Assembly (NCBI GenBank): GCA_002730095.1
Contig: PBZE01000019.1
Coordinates: 9,071-73,070 of the forward strand
Reading direction: 5' to 3'
From: Methanobacteriota archaeon
GTDB taxonomy: Archaea > Thermoplasmatota > Poseidoniia > Poseidoniales > Thalassarchaeaceae
Length of the DNA stretch: 64,000 nt
The notes beneath the pieces are model-generated. The model saw only the letters and a list, made by a program, of their open reading frames with translations. It ran no database searches and was not told the origin of the DNA. The stretch's first letter is position 1, and the number at the start of each line of letters is the position of its first letter. Shown one piece after another: positions 31,109 to 40,929 of this stretch. The translations under genes and the position numbers were made by a program.

Positions 31109-31123
31109 GTTCAAGACTTGAAC
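31109..31123. promoter_or_regulatory. Perfect 15-bp palindrome GTTCAAGaCTTGAAC in the divergent intergenic region, a candidate operator
   Basis: The palindrome is read directly. It lies 17-31 nt upstream of the ttuA-like start codon, where a BRE/TATA element would sit for a short-leader transcript. Confidence 0.3.
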
Positions 31124-31189
31124 CCAGTGCGAGTCCGTAGGCTACGATTTAGGGCATTTTTGATAATGTAGGAATTTTTCAAAGGGGCG

Positions 31190-31441
31190 ATGGAGGGAAG
31201 TGGGACATTGATGGATAGGCCAATTGTCAGAGGTGAAAATCATTCTTCGCTACCGGAAAGACTTGTGATACTATTCGTCCTATTGGGAGTGTTGGCTTCT
31301 TACGATGAAATTAATGAGTTTGTTCAATCAACCTCAGGAGTGGCTTCTGAAATACTTACTATTTTCTTACTTATCATAATGGTACCATTGTTGTCAGATT
31401 GGCTGTTCAGAGTCATATCTTCCATTACTGGAATGAAATAG
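31190..31441 (+). CDS. Small hypothetical membrane protein (83 aa, two predicted TM helices)
   Basis: The ORF has two hydrophobic helices and fills the gap between neighbours exactly. I recognise no motif. Confidence 0.35.
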   Translation: MEGSGTLMDRPIVRGENHSSLPERLVILFVLLGVLASYDEINEFVQSTSGVASEILTIFLLIIMVPLLSDWLFRVISSITGMK

Positions 31442-32650
31442 TCAAGACTCGCTCGATCTGAACCTCATTAGTGTAGACTCAACAATTCCAGTGACTCTCT
31501 GCCAAGGAAGTATAAATCTCATACCGGCAACAACAATCAAGAAAAGTCCTGCAGAAATTACCTTTCCATAGGTCAGTTGTAACTCGAGTGACTCTCTAAC
31601 TTGTCCGGCCCATTGACCGCCGGACAAAGCACTCACTGTTGATATCAGGAAGTCATCGAATTCTAGAGCTATGGCCGTGGTTATCGAGACTAAGGCCATC
31701 ACGCCGATAAGATGGGCAATGTGTCCGTTCAGAACGTTATTGAATTGTCTAACGTACTCTGGATCTCTTCTAGCCTCACCTGGCAACATGGATGCGTATT
31801 CCATGTTAGAAATTACTGCTGACCCAGATTCTAGGTACACCAGTAGTAGTATAGCTACTGCCAGAAGGTTAAGTGAAAGCGGGGATACCAATCCGCCGAA
31901 TAAGGTCGCCTCGCCTATTTGCGCAGGTAGAGGCGATAGCCCTAAGTCTACTGACTCGGTTATGCCCTCAAAGGTAAGAATCGCATGGATACCTATTATG
32001 GTCAGATAATATCCTATTGTCCATGTCAGAAGCTTTCTAGAGAGTCCCCATATTCCCATTAGTCCAGAGAGTATTGGTGCGAAAACAATGCCGAGGAAAA
32101 CTAACTCAAAGATGAATAAGACGGGTTTTGAGAGATATTCCAGATGATTCAATTCATCTGCTGATCCCCAAGGAAGATGGAAACCATAGCTCGATATTGC
32201 TGCGATCCACGATACCGCAAATGGTAGAAGGCCCCATGCTAGCATGCCACCTATTAGCAACCTTCTGATATTCCTGCTAATGCTTTCTTTGGCCGTTAGT
32301 GTATAAATCCAAATTGCAGTAAGGATCGCGCAGAGTATCAGAGGCGCTAGAAGAGTCATATTTCCGGTCTGATCCAGTCCATGGATTGCATCTGGGAGAA
32401 CTAGAGACCCTGTTTGCTCTCTAAACCAAATCAATCCCCTTGTATGCTCATAGGATGGACACCAGTAATTCGAGCCCTCCGAATATGACTCGACAAAGGA
32501 CTCTGAACACGATCCATAAAGCTTGATCATCCTGTTCATCAAAGCTAGAAGGGCAGCAGTAGAAACTAACTGGAGGAAGATAATTTTCCATCTCTTACGG
32601 AGCTTGGATATCTCAAGGGATTGATTATCAGGAATTGTATTTTTTGCCAT
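31442..32650 (-). CDS. Polytopic membrane protein (402 aa), third gene of the DUF4350-DUF58 module
   Basis: It has at least 8 hydrophobic helices. Its start is 12 nt downstream of the DUF58 stop. It may be a SpoIIM/DUF95- or DUF4129-like partner. Confidence 0.5.
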   Translation of the reverse strand: MAKNTIPDNQSLEISKLRKRWKIIFLQLVSTAALLALMNRMIKLYGSCSESFVESYSEGSNYWCPSYEHTRGLIWFREQTGSLVLPDAIHGLDQTGNMTLLAPLILCAILTAIWIYTLTAKESISRNIRRLLIGGMLAWGLLPFAVSWIAAISSYGFHLPWGSADELNHLEYLSKPVLFIFELVFLGIVFAPILSGLMGIWGLSRKLLTWTIGYYLTIIGIHAILTFEGITESVDLGLSPLPAQIGEATLFGGLVSPLSLNLLAVAILLLVYLESGSAVISNMEYASMLPGEARRDPEYVRQFNNVLNGHIAHLIGVMALVSITTAIALEFDDFLISTVSALSGGQWAGQVRESLELQLTYGKVISAGLFLIVVAGMRFILPWQRVTGIVESTLMRFRSSES

Positions 32651-32661
32651 ATTTATTCCAC

Positions 32662-33924
32662 CTATCCCAAATTAATCTGTAGTAGTGCCTGTGATAGTTC
32701 TACATCAGGAGTCCAATCAATCACTTTCGCACCATATCCAGCTATTGCAGTTAGTCTATTCTGCCTCTCCAATTTCAGAACCTCGTATGACATTCTCGGA
32801 ATTCTACTAACCAGTCTTTCCAAATCTATGCTACTGGGAGATAAAACGATTACCTGGTGCCCCTTTCCAGAAAGGCTTCTGATGGCTGGAAGAGTTGTGC
32901 CATCTCCCTCTAGGCTGCTGATAATGAAAACTGGAGAGCCCCTACTTATCCTTGGAGATAATGCATTGGTCACGGCTTGAAGAGGCATGGAGCCCTTTGA
33001 CTGCACTGATGCAAGGCCGCTCAGGATCTTGAAGTACTGCTTATCTCCAGTTTCCGGGGGCAGATAGTCCATTCTTGATCCATAAGTTACAAGAGAAACT
33101 GAGTCCCTTCTTTTTAGGAAATAGTTAGACACTGATGCAGCGGCTACCGTGCCCATCTCAAGTGGATTCTTCAGAACGGTTCCAATCCTTGAAACATCAC
33201 GGGTATCAACAATCACGAAGACGTCAGTGACTGCATCTCTAGTCTTCTCATTCACCATCATCTCCCCGGTCCTAGCTAGGGCCTTCCAGTTGATTGAACG
33301 GAATGAGTCGCCGGGGAGGTATTCTCTGAGAGCGTAGAATTCCATACCTGGCCCGGGGGTCTTTAGAGTGGTTGCCCCCGAGTACATCTTGGGCACATCA
33401 GATCTCAGAAGCGCGTCTTCAATATCTCTAATCTGAGGGAATACTGTAATGTCTGATCGATCGTCTACCTTTGTTTCACTTACAAATAGATTGAATGCAT
33501 TCCGATACCTCACTGATACCGGACCGACAGTGTAATGCCCCCTGAGAGGGCACCTCACTACATACTTCATCGTCGCAGACTGGCCCGGGCCCAGATTCAT
33601 CCTCATCTGATTTATTCCCTTCCTCATCTTCATTTCATGAGGGACGTTATCGAATAGCTCTAGTTGCTGAGTTCTTCGATAAGAATTGTTGGTGATAGTC
33701 AATGAAATTACAATATCATCTCCCTTGTATACATTTGTAGCTGAAGTCTCTCTCCTGATTGTTAGATCAGAATGACCAGAGACCCAGCCATTTATGGCCA
33801 GCATAGAGATGAAAGAAAGACCAATTATCATTAATTGGAAATTGGAAATCATCATTCCGACAAGAATCAAGCTTATGCCACTAGTGAGCATTATTGCAGC
33901 CTTTCTTGTCCACAAATTAGACAC
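32662..33924 (-). CDS. DUF58-family protein (vWA-like fold; usual partner of MoxR ATPases)
   Basis: The hallmark motif ALREYLPGDSFRSINWKALARTGEMMVNE is present. There is one N-terminal TM helix. Confidence 0.7.
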   Translation of the reverse strand: MSNLWTRKAAIMLTSGISLILVGMMISNFQLMIIGLSFISMLAINGWVSGHSDLTIRRETSATNVYKGDDIVISLTITNNSYRRTQQLELFDNVPHEMKMRKGINQMRMNLGPGQSATMKYVVRCPLRGHYTVGPVSVRYRNAFNLFVSETKVDDRSDITVFPQIRDIEDALLRSDVPKMYSGATTLKTPGPGMEFYALREYLPGDSFRSINWKALARTGEMMVNEKTRDAVTDVFVIVDTRDVSRIGTVLKNPLEMGTVAAASVSNYFLKRRDSVSLVTYGSRMDYLPPETGDKQYFKILSGLASVQSKGSMPLQAVTNALSPRISRGSPVFIISSLEGDGTTLPAIRSLSGKGHQVIVLSPSSIDLERLVSRIPRMSYEVLKLERQNRLTAIAGYGAKVIDWTPDVELSQALLQINLG

Positions 33925-35590
33925 CTCCTTCCGTATCAGTAGCTCCCCACTCTTTGATTCTCTTCACGATACCGACTAGTTCATCTGCCTTGTATCTCCT
34001 GTCATTGAAGATGAAGTCTGTCAAGACCTTGTCATCTACCATCTTCTGTAGCTCGGATGCAGGGAGGGCATCGAATTCTTCCCTGGACATTGCATTGACA
34101 TTCCTGATACGGGTCAGAAGGACCTGTCTGATTTTCTCTGGCCTCTGGTAGTACTCATACCTCCTTGCATCTCCGAACCCATAATAGATTATCCTGAAAA
34201 CATGCCTCCATTCATCTGGATCCTCTTTCCTGATTAAAACTGCCTCGAGGGATATGAAAAGACCGAGGAACAATATTAGCATCGCCATCCAGTCATTTGT
34301 GAAGTAGATGAGTAGGTAGTATAGAAGATTGTAGGTATCGCCTCCAATATTTGATTGCTGATGTCTGCTTTCATCAAAAATTACTATGGCATTATCACTA
34401 GCCTGAGTGCTAGAGTTTCCAATCAGAAGTGCTTCGGCAATGATATCCAAAGCCCACTTTCGATTATCGTTATCGGGAACTAATTCTGAGTATTCTGGGT
34501 CGAAATCTGGGTTATAGAGGGAATTTATCAGAAGTGAGCCGTCAGAAACGAAGTGGACCCTCCCTGAGTCGGGATCTACACAAAGTCGATCGAAACAATA
34601 TCTGACATAAACTGCAAAGGGCCCCTGTTCGTCATCCTCAATTCCTGCTGCCTCGAACCCGACCGTCAGATTACCGTCGTCATTGGTATCAAGATATGAA
34701 TCTAAAGTCGATCTGCCTATTGCATACCTATTCTCCACTGGATTGTATGAACTGTCCTTCTCAAAAGCTGAAGGGCCATTAGTCAACATATTGTATCCCT
34801 CTGAGAAATCCCAAGAAGAGGTAGCAGAGTCGAATCTGTGAGAGCACAGTCCAGCATCACCCAAAGAGATTCCAGATGTGGTAATTGCTGGGTCTTGTGG
34901 ATTTAGATCTAGAAGATCAATGACGCCGTCTGAATCGGAATCCTTCAGACATGGATTTACTGAAGATAGCGAACCGGAATTGGTTGTGAAATTGTAGGCC
35001 GATGAGGAGTTGACCCAAACATAGTTGTAATCCAATTCATGGGCATAGGCTTGTCCATCATAGAGCCTATGACCAGAATAATCCAAACCAAATTGTCTGG
35101 CCAGTTGAGCGGAGTAACCAAAGTCATCCATCAAAATTACGGTTCCCCCTCTCTGGACAAAATTTTCAATTGCCAGAATCTCAGAGTTGGTGTAACCATC
35201 GCTCTCGGTTAATTCAATGACGCTCTCATCACCGGTAAATCTTGGGAGTGAAATTGTATCCCTCTCAACACCTGAGACGATGAAAACCGCTTCCTCGGGA
35301 TAGTCTATCTCACTGAGCAGTAGTGGACTGGAAACAAGTGCATTTGTCTCAATACCCATGTTATTGATATCTGACCTAAAAGACCCAAGATCATTCCAAT
35401 CGTCGCCGTACGCCGACTGTTGAGTCTCGCCATCGACCAAGTATGTCTGAAGTATCTGAACGGCGAGTATGGCTATAAGAATCCAGAATGCCCCTATCGA
35501 TGCCCCTCGCCTAAATTTGGGGGATGAAAGCCTTCTAATTGTATTACTGAAGTCTGCCATGCGTAGGCCTCCATCTATAGGAATAACCAC
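33917..35590 (-). CDS. DUF4350/GldG-like membrane protein (N- and C-terminal TM helices flanking an extracytoplasmic domain)
   Basis: A TM helix near the N-terminus is followed by a GldG-like segment (AVFIVSGVERD...GGTVILMDDFGYSA). A second TM lies near residue 430, followed by a cytoplasmic tail. The 3' end overlaps the DUF58 start by 8 nt. Confidence 0.55.
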   Translation of the reverse strand: MVIPIDGGLRMADFSNTIRRLSSPKFRRGASIGAFWILIAILAVQILQTYLVDGETQQSAYGDDWNDLGSFRSDINNMGIETNALVSSPLLLSEIDYPEEAVFIVSGVERDTISLPRFTGDESVIELTESDGYTNSEILAIENFVQRGGTVILMDDFGYSAQLARQFGLDYSGHRLYDGQAYAHELDYNYVWVNSSSAYNFTTNSGSLSSVNPCLKDSDSDGVIDLLDLNPQDPAITTSGISLGDAGLCSHRFDSATSSWDFSEGYNMLTNGPSAFEKDSSYNPVENRYAIGRSTLDSYLDTNDDGNLTVGFEAAGIEDDEQGPFAVYVRYCFDRLCVDPDSGRVHFVSDGSLLINSLYNPDFDPEYSELVPDNDNRKWALDIIAEALLIGNSSTQASDNAIVIFDESRHQQSNIGGDTYNLLYYLLIYFTNDWMAMLILFLGLFISLEAVLIRKEDPDEWRHVFRIIYYGFGDARRYEYYQRPEKIRQVLLTRIRNVNAMSREEFDALPASELQKMVDDKVLTDFIFNDRRYKADELVGIVKRIKEWGATDTEGGV

Positions 35591-35649
35591 CGAGCCTTAA
35601 CTTCGTATTAATACCGTTGTGGGGCCATGAACATACCCGCATCAGGTGT

Positions 35650-35895
35650 TTAACGTGTTAGCTGAATCGCAGAACCTATTTTGGCGACCTCAGAAACAGG
35701 TACCGATAGTAGTCCTTCGGAAGTAGGCCATGGTAAGAATTTGGGGTCTATTCCTTGGTCTATAACTACCAATAAGGAAACTATAGATCCGGTATCCATA
35801 TCCACACTAAAGTCAGCCATAGTTCCGAGCTTATCATTGGATGCGTCTACCACATCCCTCCCCAAAAGCTCTCGACCAAAGGTTGTTGGCACCAT
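35650..35895 (-). CDS. PRC-barrel domain protein
   Basis: The 81-aa protein reads LLGRDVVDASNDKLGTMADFSVDMDTGSIVSLLV, the typical archaeal PRC-barrel pattern. Confidence 0.6.
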   Translation of the reverse strand: MVPTTFGRELLGRDVVDASNDKLGTMADFSVDMDTGSIVSLLVVIDQGIDPKFLPWPTSEGLLSVPVSEVAKIGSAIQLTR

Positions 35896-35901
35896 TTCAC
35901 C

Positions 35902-38133
35902 TCAAACGGATTCTATTCCTGCTAGACTGTCTGGCAATCTACGTACGGATTGAAGTCCACTTGTTAGAAGATCCTCCATTCTGTTGTAGTAAAGCATCAT
36001 CTCATCAGTGACTGTCGGCCTAACCCTCTCAACCGCCTCCTCAAAGTGCTTCCTAGAAACCGTCTTCTTGTTGGCCCTCATAGCGATTAGCCCGGCCTCT
36101 CTGCAAACTGCCTCTATATCAGCCCCGGTATAGTTCTCTAATTTAGAAGCAATCTCGTCCAAGGAGAATTTTCCGAGAGGCATATTTTCTGTATGAATAC
36201 TCAGAATTGATTTCAGAGCTTCGGGATCCGGGGGAGGGACATGCATTACCCTCTCGAATCTCCCACTCCTAAGGAGAGCTGGATCAATCATCTCAGGACG
36301 ATTTGTGGCTGCTACCACTATGACCCCTTCCATGCCCTCTACTCCATCCATACTACTCAAGAGCTGATTCACTACCCTGTTGATTACATCAGACCCTTCA
36401 CCAGAGCTTGATCTTCTTATTCCGGCAATACTTTCAAACTCATCCAAGAATATAATCGAAGGGCTGGATTGCTTTGCCTTCTTGAAAACCTCACGAACAG
36501 CCTTCTCTGACTCGCCTACCCACTTTGAAATTAGTTCTGGTCCTTTGATAGTGATGAAATTCGCCTTCGCCTCATTGGCAATGGCCTTGGCCAGCAGGGT
36601 CTTACCAGTACCAGGCGCCCCGAAGAGGACGATTCCCCTAGGGGGATTGATTCCAAAGTGTTCGAACAATTCTGGCTTGGTCAGGGGCCACTCGATGCTC
36701 TCCTTGAGTCTGTCCTTAATTTCTTGCAGCCCTCCTACCTCCTCCCAAGAGACTTCAGGGACTTCGAGATAGATTTCCCTTAGTGCACTGGGCTCAATTT
36801 CCTTAATTGCCAATCTGAAATCGGCCATGATAACGGCCATTTTCTCTAATACCTCAGGGGGAATCTGCTCCTCGTCTAGATCTATCTCTGGGAGATACCT
36901 CCTCAGAGCTTTCATGGCCGATTCTCTAACCAGAGCTGAGATATCCGCCCCTACAAATCCGTTAGTGTTATCCAGCAACCATTCTACGTCAAAATCATCG
37001 CTAATTGGCATTCCACGCGTGTGGATACCGATGATTTCGGACCTTCCATTTTTATCTGGAACGCCGATTTCTATTTCTCGATCAAATCTGCCTGGTCTTC
37101 TGAGAGCTGGGTCTATTGCATCCTGTCTGTTTGTCGCTCCTATCACAACAACGTTGTCTCTCCCCTGCATTCCATCCAGAAGAGTCAGTAGCTGCGCGAC
37201 GACTCTTCGTTCAACTTCTCCGCTTACATCCTCCCTCTTAGGTGCAATACTATCTAGCTCATCTATGAAAATTATAGCAGGAGCATTAGATGCTGCCTCT
37301 TCGAAAATCTCTCTCAGTTGCTTCTCACTCTCTCCGTAGTACTTGGATATGATTTCAGGGCCATTGATAGAGGTGAAGTGAGCATTTGTCTCAGAAGCCA
37401 CTGCCTTTGCAATGAGGGTCTTTCCTGTCCCAGGAGGGCCATGCAGTAGCACCCCTCGAGGAGGATCAATGCCCAATCTTCTGAATAGAATTGGATGCTT
37501 CAATGGGAGTTCTATCATTTCTCTGACTTTCTGAAGCTGGTCTCCTAGTCCCCCTATGTCCTCGTAAGAGATTGTCTGAACGTCTCCTTGCTCTTCCTCA
37601 TCTACCGCATCTTCCTTGATTACAATGTCTGTGTCTGGAAGGACTTGGACGATTCCCTTAGGCTTTGTAGAGACAATAGCGAATGGAAGAGCCTCTGCGA
37701 AAAGGGTCATACCTGGAATGAAAATTCTGTCTCCTGCTACCACGGGCCTCTTATTGAGGCCTCTGCGAGCAAATCCTTCTATTCCCGGGCCGAATCTGAC
37801 TTTCTGCTGTTTAGCCATTACAGGACTGAGGACTAGCCTCTGACATGGCTGTGTCTCGACCTTCTTTATGTCTACTCTGTCGCCCAAGCTTACACCAGCG
37901 TTCTTCCGGATTATTCCATCTACTCTGATTACTCCAAGATTGGCGTCCTCCGGCCTGCATCTCCAAACGATTGCAGCTGTTTTTCTCTCCCCCGATACCT
38001 CAATTATATCGCCCGGTTTGAGATTTAGATCGTTATCGAATGGTACTCTGGCCCTACCATGCCCGACGTCGCTTGGTATTGCCTTTGCTACCCTCAATGT
38101 GAGTGAATCAGAATTGTTGTCGGTCATGTGCAT
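35902..38133 (-). CDS. cdc48: Cdc48/VCP-like AAA+ ATPase (two AAA domains)
   Basis: It has an N-domain and two Walker A motifs ([15 protein letters not shown] and [15 protein letters not shown]) with second-region-of-homology signatures. It ends 7 nt before the PRC-barrel gene. Confidence 0.9.
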   Translation of the reverse strand: MHMTDNNSDSLTLRVAKAIPSDVGHGRARVPFDNDLNLKPGDIIEVSGERKTAAIVWRCRPEDANLGVIRVDGIIRKNAGVSLGDRVDIKKVETQPCQRLVLSPVMAKQQKVRFGPGIEGFARRGLNKRPVVAGDRIFIPGMTLFAEALPFAIVSTKPKGIVQVLPDTDIVIKEDAVDEEEQGDVQTISYEDIGGLGDQLQKVREMIELPLKHPILFRRLGIDPPRGVLLHGPPGTGKTLIAKAVASETNAHFTSINGPEIISKYYGESEKQLREIFEEAASNAPAIIFIDELDSIAPKREDVSGEVERRVVAQLLTLLDGMQGRDNVVVIGATNRQDAIDPALRRPGRFDREIEIGVPDKNGRSEIIGIHTRGMPISDDFDVEWLLDNTNGFVGADISALVRESAMKALRRYLPEIDLDEEQIPPEVLEKMAVIMADFRLAIKEIEPSALREIYLEVPEVSWEEVGGLQEIKDRLKESIEWPLTKPELFEHFGINPPRGIVLFGAPGTGKTLLAKAIANEAKANFITIKGPELISKWVGESEKAVREVFKKAKQSSPSIIFLDEFESIAGIRRSSSGEGSDVINRVVNQLLSSMDGVEGMEGVIVVAATNRPEMIDPALLRSGRFERVMHVPPPDPEALKSILSIHTENMPLGKFSLDEIASKLENYTGADIEAVCREAGLIAMRANKKTVSRKHFEEAVERVRPTVTDEMMLYYNRMEDLLTSGLQSVRRLPDSLAGIESV

Positions 38134-38269
38134 CGGCTCCTAGCAGATACTTCTCGTCAGACGACGTAGTTAAACCCACCAATCAAAGGATGTCAAAAAT
38201 TGCGATTGGTTATCAGAACTAGGGGTCCCGATAAGTAGCATTATGTCCAGTGGGTGATTCGGTCAATGC

Positions 38270-39898
38270 ATGACTCATGTGCTGGAAACAGGTTTCGAAG
38301 AGATGGAAATAGAAAATCCGAATGGCAGTCCTGCCATTAGAGGGTACAATATTATTGCAGGAAAACTATCGCAATCGAGTGATGGAGAAACGTTTCTGAG
38401 TCACAATCCGGCTTGGTTAGAAGACACGGTGGGCGAATTTCCTCTTTCCACAAAGGAAGATGTTCATGAGGCACTGAGAGCTGCAAGATCGGCGTTTGCT
38501 TCGTGGTCCTCTACTCCGGCGCCAACGCGTGGACAAGTTATTGGAAACATGGGCCGACTCCTTATGGAAAGAAAGGATGACCTAGTTCGCTTGCAGGCTC
38601 GAGAGATTGGCAAAACAATGAAGGAATGTGGAGGTGAAATTCAGGAGGCCATAGACACGTGTCTTTTCTTTCAGTCTGAGGGCAGAAGATTGTATGGCCA
38701 GACGGTTAATTCTGAGCTTCCTGACAAGGAACTATTCACTTACAGGAGACCACTAGGAGTTTGTGGAATTATCAACGCATGTAACTTCCCGTCAGCTGTT
38801 CCTTTCTGGAAGATGATTCCTGCCATAATGTGCGGGAACACTTGTGTTTGGAAATCACCACAAGACTCTCCTCTGTTATCATTCGCACTTGCAAGGATAA
38901 TGCATGAAGCAGGTCTTCCAGATGGAGTAATCAATCTTGTTCATGGAAAAGGCAGTGGTGCAGGCCAGCATTTGGTCGATGCGACCGATTTGGGGCTGGT
39001 TGACAAGATTTCGTTCACTGGAAGTACTCCAGTAGGGAAGATGATTGGAGAGGCATGTGGTAGAAATCTAGTCAGCGCTTCATTGGAACTCGGTGGTAAA
39101 AACCCACTAGTGGTGATGCCATCAGCTAACATCGACAATGCTGTTGAAGGTGCATATTGGGCTGGTTTCGGAACCGCTGGACAGCGTTGCACTAGCTTAG
39201 GAAATTTGATTCTGCATGATGAAATATATGACGAATTTATGTCAAAATTCATGAAGAAGGTAGTAGAGACCAGGATTGGTGACTCTATGCGTCATGATGG
39301 GGTTCTCTACGGCTCAATGCTCTCAGAGAAATATGGTGATGACTTTCTCAAGGGCCTAGATATGTGCGAATCTGATGGAGCTACTAAACTATGGGGGTCA
39401 GGTAGGATCTCAGAGGGCAATCTGCCAGAAGGTTTCGTTGGAAATGCGTCTGATGGGGTATACATGTGGCCACACGTATACGAAGGTGTGAAAGAAGATA
39501 TGAGATGCTTCCATGAGGAGATTTTTGGCCCCGTTGTAACCGTAGTCAGGGCTGTAGATTTCAATGATGCTTTACGTTTGGCTAATGCTTCTCCTTTCGG
39601 GCTCTCAAGTGCTTGCTACACCAATGATAGGCTGGAGGCTTTCAGGTTCAAGACCGGAATTAAAGCGGGAATGACTGGCATAAACAATTCAACGACTGGT
39701 GCCGAAGCGCATCTTCCCTTCGGAGGGGTCAAGGAGAGTGGTAATGGAAGCAGGGAGTCTGGAATATGGGTTCTAGAATCATACTCATACTGGCACGCTG
39801 TTAATGACGAGCTTTCCGGGAAATTACAACTGGCACAGATGGACGTTGATGAAATCGAGATGGAAGAGGCTGAAGCTGATTACTCTGGACTAGCTTAG
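38270..39898 (+). CDS. NAD(P)-dependent aldehyde dehydrogenase
   Basis: ALDH motifs are present: ELGGKNP and the catalytic Cys region GQRCTS. It has an acidic C-terminal extension. Confidence 0.85.
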   Translation: MTHVLETGFEEMEIENPNGSPAIRGYNIIAGKLSQSSDGETFLSHNPAWLEDTVGEFPLSTKEDVHEALRAARSAFASWSSTPAPTRGQVIGNMGRLLMERKDDLVRLQAREIGKTMKECGGEIQEAIDTCLFFQSEGRRLYGQTVNSELPDKELFTYRRPLGVCGIINACNFPSAVPFWKMIPAIMCGNTCVWKSPQDSPLLSFALARIMHEAGLPDGVINLVHGKGSGAGQHLVDATDLGLVDKISFTGSTPVGKMIGEACGRNLVSASLELGGKNPLVVMPSANIDNAVEGAYWAGFGTAGQRCTSLGNLILHDEIYDEFMSKFMKKVVETRIGDSMRHDGVLYGSMLSEKYGDDFLKGLDMCESDGATKLWGSGRISEGNLPEGFVGNASDGVYMWPHVYEGVKEDMRCFHEEIFGPVVTVVRAVDFNDALRLANASPFGLSSACYTNDRLEAFRFKTGIKAGMTGINNSTTGAEAHLPFGGVKESGNGSRESGIWVLESYSYWHAVNDELSGKLQLAQMDVDEIEMEEAEADYSGLA

Positions 39899-40077
39899 GT
39901 GAACATCTCTCCGCATTCTGGACAGGGCAGACCTGGGAGCCATGCCCCCGGCATGTAGCCACAGTTGTAGCAAACTGAGGACTCCAATCCGTGATCATCC
40001 ACACGAGTACAAGTGTGGTTTTTGGTTTCAACGTTGGGTGCATCTGAGCAAACAAGAAGCAATTGCTTAAGGGGCAC
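39895..40077 (-). CDS. Small zinc-ribbon protein (60 aa)
   Basis: A C-terminal CYNCG...CPECG motif is present. The stop codon overlaps the ALDH stop region (convergent). Confidence 0.4.
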   Translation of the reverse strand: MPLKQLLLVCSDAPNVETKNHTCTRVDDHGLESSVCYNCGYMPGAWLPGLPCPECGEMFT

Positions 40078-40103
40078 ATCCGTACCCTAGGTACAGGATT
40101 GTC

Positions 40104-40928
40104 ATGGCCAACTGGGACAGAGAACATCTGAGTTCGCTTGGCATCAATGTCAAGCTTCCTTTGAAGAAAGGATTTGGAAGAACTCAGAGGATAGACAATT
40201 GGTGGACTGAACCTGTATGGATGGCATCGGCATTGACCCTAGCTTTGGTATACACTGCACTGAGAGTACTGGTTTGGGATGGTGGCATTCATTATGATGA
40301 CCACAGAGTAACTTCGCCGATTTTTTCTCCTGATGTTCTTCACATGTTGCACATAAGTAATCATCCCGGTTGGATGAACTCTGCAATGTTAATCCTCTGG
40401 ATACCCTTTGGTTTCCGAGGCACCTGCTACTACATGAGAAGGGTTTACCATAGGACTTTCTTCCAAAATCCTACAGGTTGTATGATAGCAAAGCCTGAGT
40501 TGAATTACTCAGTTGGTTACAAGGGCGAAAAGGGGCTCTTCATACTGAATAATATCCACAGGTACATGCTTTACCTAGCCATAATTATCCTAACTGTAAA
40601 ATTCTATGATGTAGTACTAACAACAAATCTTGGAGATGGCTCGAGAGGGATATCTGTCGGCACCTTAGTACTTGGTATCGAGTCGTTCTTACTGTTCATG
40701 TACGTATCTTCTTGCCACGCATTCAGGCACATTTTTGGAGGAGGCATGGATAGATGGAGAGGGGGGCTCTCAGGAGTATTCGGATCGATTTACAGGGCTA
40801 TTAGTAAAGTCAACGTGCATCACTCATTCTGGTTCTGGACTAGCTTAGCTATGGTTTTCTTGGGAGACCTATTCGTGTGGGCCGTATCCGAGAATATCAT
40901 CGGGGATCGTATACTTCTGGAGTGGTAA
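40104..40928 (+). CDS. Putative succinate dehydrogenase/fumarate reductase membrane anchor (single-subunit, His-rich, type-B-like cytochrome b)
   Basis: The 274-aa protein has about 5 TM helices with several intramembrane His residues. It lies immediately upstream of sdhA with a 2-nt gap. I see no Pfam-level motif. Confidence 0.4.
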   Translation: MANWDREHLSSLGINVKLPLKKGFGRTQRIDNWWTEPVWMASALTLALVYTALRVLVWDGGIHYDDHRVTSPIFSPDVLHMLHISNHPGWMNSAMLILWIPFGFRGTCYYMRRVYHRTFFQNPTGCMIAKPELNYSVGYKGEKGLFILNNIHRYMLYLAIIILTVKFYDVVLTTNLGDGSRGISVGTLVLGIESFLLFMYVSSCHAFRHIFGGGMDRWRGGLSGVFGSIYRAISKVNVHHSFWFWTSLAMVFLGDLFVWAVSENIIGDRILLEW

Positions 40929-40929
40929 T

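Noticed and set aside
31093-31189. Possible tRNA or ncRNA suggested by a GGGTTCAAGTC-like segment resembling a T-arm
   Set aside because: I tried folding both strands. No acceptor-stem complementarity was found, and the candidate T-stem partner (CTTGA) does not pair. The region is better explained as a 15-bp palindrome in a divergent promoter.
36380-37339. Plus-strand ORFs of 130 and 170 aa inside the cdc48 locus
   Set aside because: They are antisense to a high-confidence AAA+ gene. Their S/L/P-rich composition is typical of shadow frames.
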